Of a DNA stretch of 64,000 nt, positions 37,972 through 49,954 are shown one piece after another (within the stretch, counting starts at the first letter, position 1; the number at the start of each line of letters is the position of its first letter). The notes beneath the pieces are model-generated. The model saw only the letters and a program-made list of their open reading frames with translations, did no database searches and was not told the origin of the DNA. Source of the stretch: Octopus vulgaris (taxonomy: Eukaryota); the NCBI GenBank assembly GCA_951406725.2, contig OX597829.1, forward strand, positions 11,904,001-11,968,000, read 5' to 3'. Made by a program: the position numbers and the translations under genes.

Positions 37972-38232
37972 CGCAAAAGTGGTTGTGCGGTAAGAAGCTT
38001 GCTTCCCAACAACATGGTTCCGGGTTCAGTCCCACTGCGTGGCACCTTGGGCAAGTGTCCTCTACTATAGCCTTGTGAGTGGATTAGGTAGGCGCAAACT
38101 GATAGAAGCCCGTTGTATATAATATATGTCTGTATTTATCTCCCCCACCATCGCTTGACAACCAGTTTTGGTGTGTTTACGTCCCTGTAACTTAGCGGTT
38201 CGGCAAAAGAGACCGATAGAATAAGTACTAGG
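37970..38232 (+). mobile_element. tRNA-derived SINE S1
   Basis: A-box-like TGGTTGTGCGGTAAG and B-box-like GGTTCAGTCCC; body homologous to 11790-12148. Confidence 0.85.
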
Positions 38233-38259
38233 CTGCCTGTCTATCGATACGACTTTTTG

Positions 38260-38394
38260 TCGTTCAGTTTCCGACTTTACAAGGCCCGAAGCTATAAGTA
38301 GAAAATACTTGCCCATGGTGTCACGCAGTGCGACTGAAGCCAGAATCATGTGGTTGGCAGGCAATCTTCTAACCACACAACCATGCTTACGCCT
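38260..38394 (-). mobile_element. SINE S1 5' part, inverted relative to the 37970 copy
   Basis: Reverse complement reads GGCGTAAGCATGGTTGTGTGGTTAGAAG...GCTTCAGTCGCACTGCGTGACACC. Confidence 0.75.
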
Positions 38395-39199
38395 AGATAA
38401 TTCGTCATTTTTTTCTTTCTCCCCTAGGAACGTTTGAAATTTTCCAATGCCAGTGAGAACAACTGTTCTGGTGGGAAAACTTTTAGCAACATCGGAACAT
38501 TAAAATTTAAAAAATTAAAAAAATTTTCTGGAAATGTGATCTGCAACCTTGCAGATTTATTTACAATATGTTGCTGACTGGAGCGGACCCTGCTTATTGC
38601 TCTGGCGGCCAGGTACTCGCTACTGATGATGAACCAACCACCTCGAAACTGAGTCAGTCATGACATCCGCCATCCTGCTGTCTTCTAGAGGGTGGCAGGG
38701 GTTCGCTACCCTTACTAGAAATATATAGGGTGCAGCGCTGCATCGATAACCAGCTGGCGCAAGATTTGCCTGGAGTTAAACTAGTAGTAACACGGAACAG
38801 CCACTTTGATGTGGCGATTAACTTTCCTGGTTAGTATGGTTACTACTCTGAGATTTTATAACTAGCTATATATGTATGTATGTACGTATGCATGTATGTA
38901 TGTATGTATGTATGTATGTATGTATGTATGTATGTATGTATGTATGTATGTATGCGTGTCTGTGTGTGTGTATACATACACACACACACACATATATATA
39001 GATAGATACACACATACATATGTATATATCTGTCATCTTATCATCATTTAATGTTCGTATTTTTCAGCTGCTATGGGTTGGATGGTTTGACCAGATCTAG
39101 CATCCAGGGCAGCTGGGTTGAATGGCCTTCCTAACGCCAACCACTTCACAGAGTGTGCTGCTAAGCATTTTGCCCGACATGCTAACAACCTTTATAACA

Positions 39200-39625
39200 A
39201 TAATAATGGCTTGAAATTTTGGCACAGATCCAGCAATTTCGAAATAAGGGATGTCGATTATATTGACCCCGTACTCAACTGGTATTTCTTCTATGAACGC
39301 GAAAAGAAGAAAGGCAAAGTAGACGCTACCAAATTTTGATCTCTGAACGTGAATACGGACGAAATGCTGCTATGCATTTTTACCGGTGTACTCTCGATTT
39401 TGATAGCCTACTGCTTTATTAATAACAATAATTGTTCCAAATTTTGGCAAAAGGCCAATAATTTTGGGCAAATGGGTAAGTCGATTACACTGTCTCCTGT
39501 GTCCAACAATGACTTGTTTTATCGACCTCGAAAGGATGAACGGCAGTCGATGTCAGCAGAATTTGATCTCAGAACGTAAAGACGGACGAAATAATGCCTG
39601 GAGTGCCAACAATTCAATCAGTTTA
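39200..39625 (-). mobile_element. Two degenerate tandem copies of SINE family S2
   Basis: GTCGATTA.ATTGACCCC..AACTGGTA..GAAAGGCAAAGT..AATTTGA.CTCAGAACGT pattern occurs twice, homologous to 41783-42105. Confidence 0.65.
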
Positions 39626-40099
39626 TCGCCTCCCATATGATAATACTCCATTATGATAGTTAGCACGTTATAGCACTCTTTCATGATATTTTCTAGGTGA
39701 AGAATCTCCCACAATAAGTCGTACCACCATCGTTGTTCTGGTTGTACCCTTTTCATTGCATGGATTATTGCTGGTTACTTTCTGCTCAAGGAGATGAACA
39801 GACAAATAAAACTCTATATAACCTTGTAAATAGGTATTTCATTTTATTTAAATAAAAGATTTTCTTTTAGATGCTTGATGCTCCATTGCTTCTTACTTTG
39901 GGCATATACAGTTGGTTTAAATGTAAATTGGTTTCATATTTTGACACAAGGCCAGCAAGTTCAGAGGAGGCGCTAAGTCAATAAATAACAAATTTATGAG
40001 CGAAAACAAAATGAAATAAAATAAATATTGAGTTTAAATTTTGGAACAAGCCTAAAAATTCCGGGGGTGGTGTAAGTCGATTACATCGACAATTTTTCT

Positions 40100-40660
40100 C
40101 CACTTTTAAGGGGAGAAAAATTAAATTATCTGTTATATATAGATGACTTAAATATCTTTGGGAAGATCGAATATTAAAAAAATGGTCTGGTGTAAACAGT
40201 GCAGATATTCAGTAAGGATATGGGAATGGAATTTAGGGCTAAAAAGTGTGAGAGCTGAGACTGATGGATATAAGTATCTGGGTATCTTAGAGAAAGACAA
40301 AATCAAGGGGAGTGAGATGAAAGAGAGCATTAGGCGAGAATACCGCAGAAGAACCAAATTAATTATGTAGACTGTAATTAAGTAGACTTAATGGAAAGAA
40401 CATGATCAATGAGTGAACACAATGCGATACGGTGCAGGTGTCGAGAGATGGAGAGAGAAGGAGCTCGAGAAAATGGATGACAATTAACAAGGAACTGCAC
40501 CCAAAATGCGATATTGAAAAACGGTATGTGCCTAAGAACGAGGAAGAGATCTGTGTTGCCAACGAGAAAAACTGTTTGGAACGGTACATCAAACAACAGA
40601 GTGAATCCTTGCTTGCCGCTGTAAGAAATAATATGATACCAACAGGAAATGTGACGTAAC
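40100..40660 (+). pseudogene. Highly degenerate R4/Dong-type RT fragment (family D)
   Basis: KINYLLYIDDL, MEFRAKKC, GYKYLGILE, IRREYRRRTKLIM, LHPKCDIEKRYVP. Confidence 0.75.
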
Positions 40661-41067
40661 CAAGTTTTTGCTTCTCTTTCACAGTTCAGTGGTTATGGGG
40701 ATCGGTCTTTAGCGGTCATAATGGTGTGAGTGTGTGTGTATATACGTGTTTGTGTTTGCGTGTGTGGGCCGTTTTTGATTGGTCCCAGGGTTTATTGTGG
40801 TGTATGTAAATGTGTCTGTGTGTGTTTAATATTTGGTAGGATGGTGTGTGCACGTTTGTGTGCACACAATATAGTCACTGATCAGGTCTAAAATAATAAT
40901 TAATAAAAAATAATAATAGAATAAATGTACTTATCTTAACTTATACTAATTATCAAATAAATATGCCTAAATGTACAGTAATGATTAGATATTCTTGTGG
41001 ACAACTGAGATGAAAAACAACCTATATAAAAAAAGACGTCAGAACCGGAAGTAATTTTACATCGATA

Positions 41068-41129
41068 AATAGAGTTTCTAGTCTTAGCAGTAATTCCTTA
41101 GAATTACTACTAAGACTAGAAACTCTATT
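41068..41129. repeat. 29-bp-arm palindrome with a 4-nt loop
   Basis: AATAGAGTTTCTAGTCTTAGCAGTAATTC-ctta-GAATTACTACTAAGACTAGAAACTCTATT, 1 mismatch. Confidence 0.9.
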
Positions 41130-41329
41130 AATTTTTTTCTGTGATAAACTGTCCGAATGCTTCAATTATGTTTTATTGCTTGTGAAAAGCTCAAAATGCT
41201 TAAATAAGTGATGATCAGTAGGAGAGATATCAGAGGAACAGGGAGGATGTTGCAAAATCTCATAATTGAGGCTTTGCAACTTTTAGACCGTAGCTTGAAG
41301 AGTGTGAGGACGTGCTTTGTGTCTATTCA

Positions 41330-41752
41330 CTAAACTGGCAATACGATGTTGCTGTTACCGTTTTTCCTTCGAGTCGTCTGTTTTTTTAATCTCATTCAGA
41401 TAATGTGGAACTAAACTATCCGTTTTCTTGACTTTTCCAATTTTTTTTACAGGTGTTTAAAAACAGTTGTGTGAGATGTTTGGAGTTCTGATGAAAGTTT
41501 TCGAACCTTTGATCTCGGATTTTGTTCAAACAAAGTATTTAATCCATCATGCCGAATAACTAATTTTGGCGTACTCCTTGGTTTATTTTCAAGCTATCAT
41601 CTCCTGAACGAGAGCTTTGGATTACTCTCGGAACAATTCTGATGTCAACAAAACCATTACCAAAGGCCCGCTTGATATTCCGTAGAGCTTCTGCGACAGA
41701 ACGACTCATACGAGAAAACCATTCAACATAGTTTGGTTGTTATCATTTTCAT
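41330..41752 (-). pseudogene. Mariner transposase N-terminal relic
   Basis: Across frameshifts: AEALRNIKRAFG, RSGDDSL, EQNPRSKVRKLSSELQTSHTTVFKHL and IGKVKKTDSLVPHYLNE, the last matching the WVPHEL-type motif. Confidence 0.7.
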
Positions 41753-41782
41753 AAGGGTACGAATTTTGTATACCAATATCAA

Positions 41783-42105
41783 CCCCAGTGCGTAACTGGT
41801 ACTTATTTAATCGACCCCGAAAGGATGAAAGTCGACCTCGGCGGAATTTGAACTCAGAACGTAGCGGCAGACGAAATACCTATTTCTTTACTATCCACTA
41901 GGGATAGAGAGGACAAACAAGGACAGACAAACGGATTAAGTCGATTACATCGACCCCAGTGCGTAACTGGTACTTATTTAATCGACACCGAAAATATGAA
42001 AGGCAAAGTCGACCTCGGCGGAATTTGAACTCACAACGTAACGGCAGACGAAATACCGCTAAGCATTTCGCCCGGCGTGCTAACGTTTTTGCCAGCTCAC
42101 CGCCC
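41783..42105 (-). mobile_element. tRNA-derived SINE family S2: one full copy plus a partial copy
   Basis: Minus strand GGCGGTGAGCTGGC.AAACGTTAGCAC..GAGTTCAAATTCC (B box); 41783-41880 duplicates 41953-42058. Confidence 0.85.
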
Positions 42106-42359
42106 TCCAAAAAATTGATATTAAAATATATTAAATAAATGAATTGTAAAATAATTAATAGTCTAAGTACCTTCAAGACAGAACTTTGAGTTATTTCCCC
42201 TGTAAAATTATAACTAACAAACCTTAGTTTTTATTTGTTAAATATAGCCGTGAATCTTACTATTTTTTGAACGAGTTTCTCTGCTATATTTTACTTAACG
42301 GCTCTTTTGAGTAGTGTTTTATTCTGGTGGACATATCCACTCTATATTAGAAAACCATG

Positions 42360-42880
42360 TAGATGCCTAGGCGTGTTTGTGTTGTAAGTAAGAAATTTTG
42401 TGTCGGAATAATTGTGAAGTATGTTCTACAAACCCATATATGAACTGCAGAAGGAGCTTGCGCGGTTATCCCAGAGTCATGTATTGGTGAGACTTCTAGG
42501 AGCATCAATGATAGGTTCAAAGAACACCTGGAAAACTACATTAAAAAAACTAAAAAAAGACAAACGGCAGCTTCTATCAGCACGTTGTAGACTGTGAAAA
42601 TGGCTCCTTAGGGAGACTTAGGTTAGATATCCTATTTACATATCCCACTGATGCAATCCTGAGACAAGTCATTGAAGTTGTCTTTATACAGGAATACAAA
42701 ACTACCCTTAACCATAAAACATGTAGAAAACCATACATACATGTTGGACCGCTAGCCACTGAAACTTTTTTCTTCTCTCTCTAGTTATTTTCTCATGTTC
42801 CTTTCTGTTGAAGAGCGTAGGCTAGAAACGTAAAAGACTTCTCACCTTCCCGAGCCTTAAACTACTGTCTTCGCCTTATT
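42360..42880 (+). mobile_element. Penelope-like 3' relic: GIY-YIG endonuclease followed by a minimal hammerhead
   Basis: IGETSRSINDRFKEHL (from 42483) and LRQVIEVVFIQEYKTTLN; then cttt-CTGTTGA-A-GAGC-gtag-GCTA-GAAA-CG-TA-aaag at 42801-42836. Confidence 0.8.
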
Positions 42881-43085
42881 TCTTTTTTTGTTTAATTTTG
42901 TACATTCCAAATATATATAATTGTATGTGTACATATATTAATATGTATGTACGTATGTGTAAATGTATGTGTATTTTAGGTTGCACGTGTATGTGTGTGC
43001 ATGTGTGTGTGTGCACGCGCGTGTGTGTATGAGTGCGTGTGAGTATATGTGTGTGTATGAATGCATATACGCATGCACATATGAC

Positions 43086-43138
<53 letters not shown>

Positions 43139-43152
43139 TATATATATGTATG

Positions 43153-43194
<42 letters not shown>

Positions 43195-43284
43195 TATATA
43201 TATATATATATATATAGATTTTTGGCCTCCTCAATACGCATCGTATGATTTGTTATAAAATGTTATTAGATTCATTAAGATGTT

Positions 43285-43410
43285 CTCAGTCATTTGAATG
43301 TTGCCATGCTGGAGCACCGCCTTTAGTAGGACTTATTCTTTGTAAGCCTAGTACTTATTCTATCGGGGTCTTTTGCCGAACCGCTAAGTTACAAGGACGT
43401 AAACACACCA
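43285..43410 (-). mobile_element. SINE S1 3' fragment
   Basis: GCCATGCTGGAGCACCGCC..GACTTATTCTTTGTAAGCCTAGTACTTATTCTATCGG..CGAACCGCTAAGTTAC matches 11795-11900 and 38170-38232. Confidence 0.75.
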
Positions 43411-43574
43411 CTAGAAAAAAACCTTCCCAGCTTCCCATTAATATTATAAAATAATTTCTAATAAATCAGTAAGAATATCATATTCTACTTTTCCAAATAG
43501 CTAGACTTAATAGTAAAAATATTAAGTTAGCTAGGGATAGAATAACAGCAATAATAGTAATAAAAATAAAAACA

Positions 43575-43639
<65 letters not shown>

Positions 43640-43643
<4 letters not shown>

Positions 43644-44587
43644 CCTCTCTATGGCAAATACCCAAAGAGAGCGAATAATGCAGATATTGACAAAGCCCTG
43701 ACCCATCAATGGCTAATGGCCTCTGGCTTAAAATCTGAAACAGACGGATTTATCATCGCAGCTCAAGATCAATGCCTACCAACAAGAAACTACCAGGCCA
43801 AAATATTAAAGAACGGCAGTAGCCCAACATGTCGTGTATGTCGACAACAAAAGGAAACCATTGATCATGTTGTCTCCAAGTGCAGTCTTCTAGCGCCTAC
43901 AGAGTACCTCAAAAGGCATGATAGAGCTGCACAATATATTCACTGGGTAATTTGCAAAAACCTGGATTTGCCCCATGAATAAAACTGGTGGGAACACAAT
44001 CCACCTCCAGTGCTTGAAAATGACCACATCTCACTCCTCTGGAACTTCTCCATTCAAACTGACAGAAAGATAGATGCAAATAGGCCAGGCATCATATTGA
44101 AAGACTTCAGACAAAGAACATGCCTCCTCATTGATATGACTGTCCCAATCGATATAAATGTATCTGTCAAGACCTACCAAAAACTGAGCAAATATAAAGA
44201 TCTTGAAATAGAAATCAGCAAAATGTGGAAACTGAAGACTAAAACAATACATGTTGTCATAGGTGCCCTGGGAATGATAGCGAAAGGGGCTGATTGCTAC
44301 CTAACTCAGATACCAGGAAACCCCAAAATGGCAGAAATTCAAAAGATAGTGCTCATGGGAACTGTTCATATCCTACGCAAAATACTCTCTATGTAATCTC
44401 AAGGTTTAAAAAATACATTTGAAAAAAAAAATTATTTATTAGACATTCACTAGTACAACACAAAAAACCCCAAATATATGGCACACTAGGCATAACAACA
44501 ACGTGAACTTCCAACCTGTTGTCTCTTGAGGTCTCTGGGTGAGACTTGGAGCCAACTTGTATAAACATAAAGCAAAAGTCAAACATA

Positions 44588-44589
<2 letters not shown>
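43640..44589 (+). mobile_element. R4/Dong family C, 5'-truncated, between (TAA)n tracts
   Basis: KPLYGKYP, AAQDQ, CRVC..DHVVSKC, RHD; in-frame TAA at 43980; ends CAAACATAGAA(TAA)n. Confidence 0.93.
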
Positions 44590-44686
<97 letters not shown>

Positions 44687-45059
44687 TAATAATAATAATG
44701 ATAATAATGGTAATAATAATAAGGATGATAATAATAATAATAATAATAAAAACATTAATATAAATAGTGATAATAACAACTTCAATAATATAGGTAGTAT
44801 AGATAAAAATGTAGTAGGTGATGATAATGAGGATATTGAATAACAATATAACTACAATTAGAGAAAATAACACAAATACTAATAACAACTCAAATAACAG
44901 AAATGAAAATCGAATTATCCATAAATAATACTAGTACAAGGAATTATCCCCCCAGGATTGTAGGATGAGATCGAAATGTCCGGTATTTGGTCCAAAATGT
45001 GATTTATAAATGTTTGGTCCAAAATGTGATTTATAAATGTACAATAATAACTTCAAATT

Positions 45060-45375
45060 AACAACTATCTTTATTTCAGTTGTTCGGTAGATTTAAAGAA
45101 ACGTTTAAACAATCATTTTTCCTCCTTTAGGCTGAAACACAAAGCAGGTTGGACAACGTTGTCTAGTAAAATTTGGGAACTGAAAAAGAATAATATAGAA
45201 TTCAACCTGAAATGGGATATAGTAAGAAAAGCACGGCCTTGATTGTGAACTTTGTTCTATGGAAACATAAAATTTTAAAACATAGGAGTAATACAAATCT
45301 GTTCAATAACCTTTCGGAGCTAGGAGTATCTTGCATACATCGCACAACCCGTACGTTTAAATATTTTAAATAATA
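45060..45375 (+). pseudogene. Penelope-like GIY-YIG C-terminal relic, second type
   Basis: FKERLNNHFSSFR..TTLSSKIWELKKNNIEFNLKWDIV..CELCSME..NLFNNLSELGVSCIHR. Confidence 0.75.
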
Positions 45376-46062
45376 ATATTGTGAATATTCCTAAATTTTT
45401 CAAATTTTTAATTCTTTATAACCAAATAAGAATGAATATACCATACTGGTTTTTAAGTCAACATACATAGATTACTAAAAAACTTGGAATTAAATTCTCC
45501 TTTTGTTTTTGATATTCTCTTATAATAAATAGTATAAATTCTATGTCCCTAAAAACAACTAATTATAAAGATGTATATAAGCATAAAAGAATCTCTGTAT
45601 TGTCTGTGAGTGGTCACTGTAACCATTTGATATTAACCTAGTTTTTTAATGCAAAATCTGTTTGCCAAATAGTGGTAAAAGGACTCTGTTGTTGTATTAC
45701 TACCCTTTCTCTCTACCTCAATTTCTTATTTAGAACTTTGACATCTATTTCACCCCTATTTCTATGAATTGAAAATCTGTCTTGTTTCCTTTCAATTTGT
45801 ATACATGACTGTTACCTTGTTGAAGATTGTATACACACATATAGACATATACAATCATATAATCACATACTCACAAATATACGTATAATCTTAACATACA
45901 TATATACATATACATATACACACACATATATATACACACATACATATATACATATATATACATACATATATACGCACATATATACATACATACATACACA
46001 AACACACATATATATTTATATATATATATATATTATACCCATACATACATACACACATACAT

Positions 46063-46122
<60 letters not shown>

Positions 46123-46599
46123 CACTCTCTTGAAGGACAACGGTTAAAATTCAAACCCATAGCAAAACCAACCAAAAGAGAAAGAACTATGAAATAGTTA
46201 ATTTATGAGTTACATTCACTACTATGCAAAAAATATACAAGAATAAACTTATACTGTAAATACCCAATAATATGAACAAAACCCACAGCCCGATACCCAA
46301 CAGAACACAAAGTGGGTTGCACAAACAACGCACAATATGCAACAGAAGACTTAAACCAAATTCCGTAACAAAACAGACTGATACAATACAATATCCACCC
46401 CCACCTCTCTCACAAAACACTGCACACACCATTCCACCAACACAATGGTGCAACAAATGATGCAATAAAAAGTTGCTTGAAACTTTCAGATGCCGAAAAC
46501 ATTACCTTACCTCAATTCATAAGAGACAGGGGTTTCCAAAGGAACTCTGGTTGTATCTTTAAGAGAAGGCCTCTCGCTCGACACTGGTCCAGATGCAGT

Positions 46600-49530
46600 A
46601 AAGATGCAGACTGATCACAGCTAACAAATGATAGAGCAAGGAAGTGGAAGGAGACCTGCAAAGAAAACATGACAGTGATGCAGTGCTACTTAGATAATGA
46701 ACCTAAAAGTAGGTTCTATAGGAAACGGATTACAGTGACTGAGCAGAGATTACTTGATCAAGCTAAAATTAATGCTATTTAGAGAGGAGCGTGGATATGA
46801 GAATTGGAGGTAGAAGGGATCACGAGAACTGGAAAAGAAAGAGCAGGCTGTAGGAAAGATAAACAATGATACAGCTCAAACCAAAGAAGAACCTAAAGGA
46901 AAAAATAATAATTGCAGGAAGTAATGAGTAAAGAAGTAAAAAATGATTACCAGCATTAAAAGGCACCAACAGTAGGAAGCTGCTGGATATGACTAGGAAT
47001 GTAGTATAAATACTAAAAAAATATAGGAGATACTACTTTCTTGATCTATGCAGAAGGTGTAGTAGTCACCAGAAAATTAGATATTTCACAGGGAAAGATA
47101 AAAAAGAGGGAATGAGACTACAAAGTAAAGTGAAGACTTTAAGAGAAGATCCGAATCGAATAGAAGCCAGGAAACTGAACAAGATAGGAAACACAAGATG
47201 CAAATCTTCCCCCGAGAAAAGATACTAAGTCAAAAGGAAAGGATTTGGGGTAGTAATAGAAGGGTTGAAACAGCGTATCATAGCAGCTGCTGGCAAGCTC
47301 TCCCGAAAAGAATAAATCAGTATTTGAGACAGACCAGAGGAAGTTTTATAACCAAATAAATAGCAGAGAATGAAGTACTCAAGGTGAAAAAGCTAATGCA
47401 GACGAAGCTAGAAAGTTCTGGAGAAATTTTGGGGATAAGCTAGTCAATCATAATGGAGATGAAGTATGGTTAAAGAAAGTGAGGGAATAAGTAGTGAGCA
47501 AGAAGCAGTCAGTTCTATGATTAATTCGTGCATTAATGAGTAAAGTGTTCGGAAATATCCCAATTTGGAAGGGCCCCAAGAAATTTAGTACTTTATATGG
47601 GAGGCTGAAGGAACAATTTCAGGATCGCCTTAATAGAGGAATAATACCAGATTGGATTACTAGAGGGAGTGCAATACTCATCATGAGAGATAAGAGCTAG
47701 GGTAATATAGCTAGCCACTATAGACCAATCACTTGCTTTACCATTATTGGGGAAACTGTTGACGAGAGAATTTACTGCCAGAAGAACAAAAAAGTTGTAG
47801 AAAGAAGGCATGATCTATTATATACACACAAAGCACTTCTAAATTAAGTAAAATCTAGAAAGAAAAATCTAACAGTAGCATGGATAGATTATAGGAAAGC
47901 CTATGACATGATCCCACACTCATGAATGAGTGAATGCTTAAGTTTATTTAGTATAGCGGACAATATAAAAGATTTGATTAGCTTTAGCATGAGGAAATGG
48001 AAAGTAGATCTCTACTCAAGTCACACACTCTTAGGAAAAGTTAATATCAAAAGAGGAATTTTCCAGAGGACTCGTTGTCCCCTTTAATATTTGTTTTATG
48101 CTTAGCCCCCACTCAGTTTAGTATTAAAGAAGGCAAAGTAGGGTATCAGTTCTGAAATAGTAAGGGGAAAATTAACCATTTTCTCTACATGGATGATCTG
48201 AAGCTTTTTAGTAAGAATGAAAATGAGATATATTCCTTAATACAGCCTCAAAGACTCTTCAGCATTGAGATATAGGCGTGGAATTTGACATAGATAAGTG
48301 TTCAATATTAGTCATGAGAAGGGGACAGGTAGCGAAGGCATTCAAATTACCTGATGGCCAGACATTAAAATCTTTGAAAGAAGGAGAGAGTTATAAGTAT
48401 CTCGGAGTATTAGAATCTGACAGGGTACTAACTACAGAAATGAAAACGAAAATTGAGGAGTACATACATCAGAAGGGTGAGGAAGCTAATGAATTCAAAG
48501 TTAAATGGCTTGAATCTAGTGAGGGCTGTAAATACTTGGACAGTATCATTACTTAGAAATTTTTGTGGATTGGACAAAAACTGAATTAGCAAAGTTAGTC
48601 GGAAGAACTAGGAAAGAAATCAACAGGGATGGAGGACTCCACCCAAGGGCAGGAGTAGCAAGATTATATTTACATAGAAAGGAAGGCGGAAGTGGATTTA
48701 ATATCAGTAAAAGACAGATTGGTGTAGGTAATAGAGCAGATATAGACTCCTCTGTAGAAAGTTTATTAAAAGCTAAATAGTCACAGCAAGAGAGAGAAAT
48801 CAAAAACCGAAACGAACTTAAAGAACAGAAAAAATAACAGAAATTATCTGACTGGCAGGAGAATGCGTTGCATGGTAGATTCCAAAAAGAAGACTGCAGA
48901 AAATAGTAGTAGTGAGACATGGTTCTGATTCCAGAAAGGAAAGTTGAGGAGGGAGACAGAAAATTTGTTAGTAGCTGCATAATATCGAGCATTAAGGACT
49001 AATTTGTATAAAAGCCAAGATAGACACAACCAAGTAGATTCCCAATGCAGATTATGCAAAGCAAAATAGGAAAGTGTCACAAAATAGGAAAGTGTCACAA
49101 AATAGGAAAGTGAATGTAGCATGCTGGTAAAGGGTGAATACAAGAAAAGATATGACAATCTAGGAAGAGTAAGCCACTGGAATCTCTGTAGAAAGGTAGG
49201 ACTTGAAAATACTGATAATTGCTATGAACATGAACCTCGTAAATACTAGAAAGTAAGAAATACAAAACGCTGTGGGACTTTAAAATTCAAACTGACAGAG
49301 TAATAGAAGCTAGAAGGTCTGATTTGACAGAGACTAGAAAGTGCCAGATAAATGACTTTACAGTTCCAAATGTTGAGCACATTAATATGAGAAGTATCGA
49401 AAAATAGTGAAGTACCAAGACCTCGCTATTGAAATAGAAACACTATGAAAATACGGGTAAAATTAGTAGTTATAGTTGCATTGGGAACTATCCCTAAAGA
49501 GCTGAACACATGGATAGAGGAAATAGACAT
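46600..49530 (+). mobile_element. Old, nearly full-length R4/Dong family E with many stops and deletions
   Basis: [97 protein letters not shown]. Confidence 0.85.
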
Positions 49531-49722
49531 AAATACACCAGGACTTACAAATATATATAGCATACAGAAAATAGCACTACTAGGCACCGCACACGTTCTA
49601 CGTAAAACACTTTCAATACAGAAACCATAAGAGCATCACATCAAACTACAGCATATAGCTAAGGCACACAGAGCTGCCCACGGTACTGCAGTGAAAGTAC
49701 GTTGTAAAGATATGACTACTGA
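49531..49722 (+). mobile_element. Family A 3' tail fused to family E
   Basis: ACACCAGGACTTACAAA...ACTACTGAATAA matches 27617-27806. Confidence 0.85.
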
Positions 49723-49746
49723 ATAATAATAATAATAATAACAACA

Positions 49747-49810
<64 letters not shown>

Positions 49811-49836
49811 TAATAATAACAATAATAATAATAACA

Positions 49837-49933
<97 letters not shown>

Positions 49934-49954
49934 TAATGATGATGATGATGACAC

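Noticed and set aside
43980-43982. Programmed read-through of the shared TAA in family C
   Set aside because: The same copies also lose the catalytic PD motif, so shared inactivation is more parsimonious.
19037-49112. Small local duplications (~19037-19087, ~44987-45040, ~49062-49112)
   Set aside because: Ordinary slippage duplications in decayed sequence.
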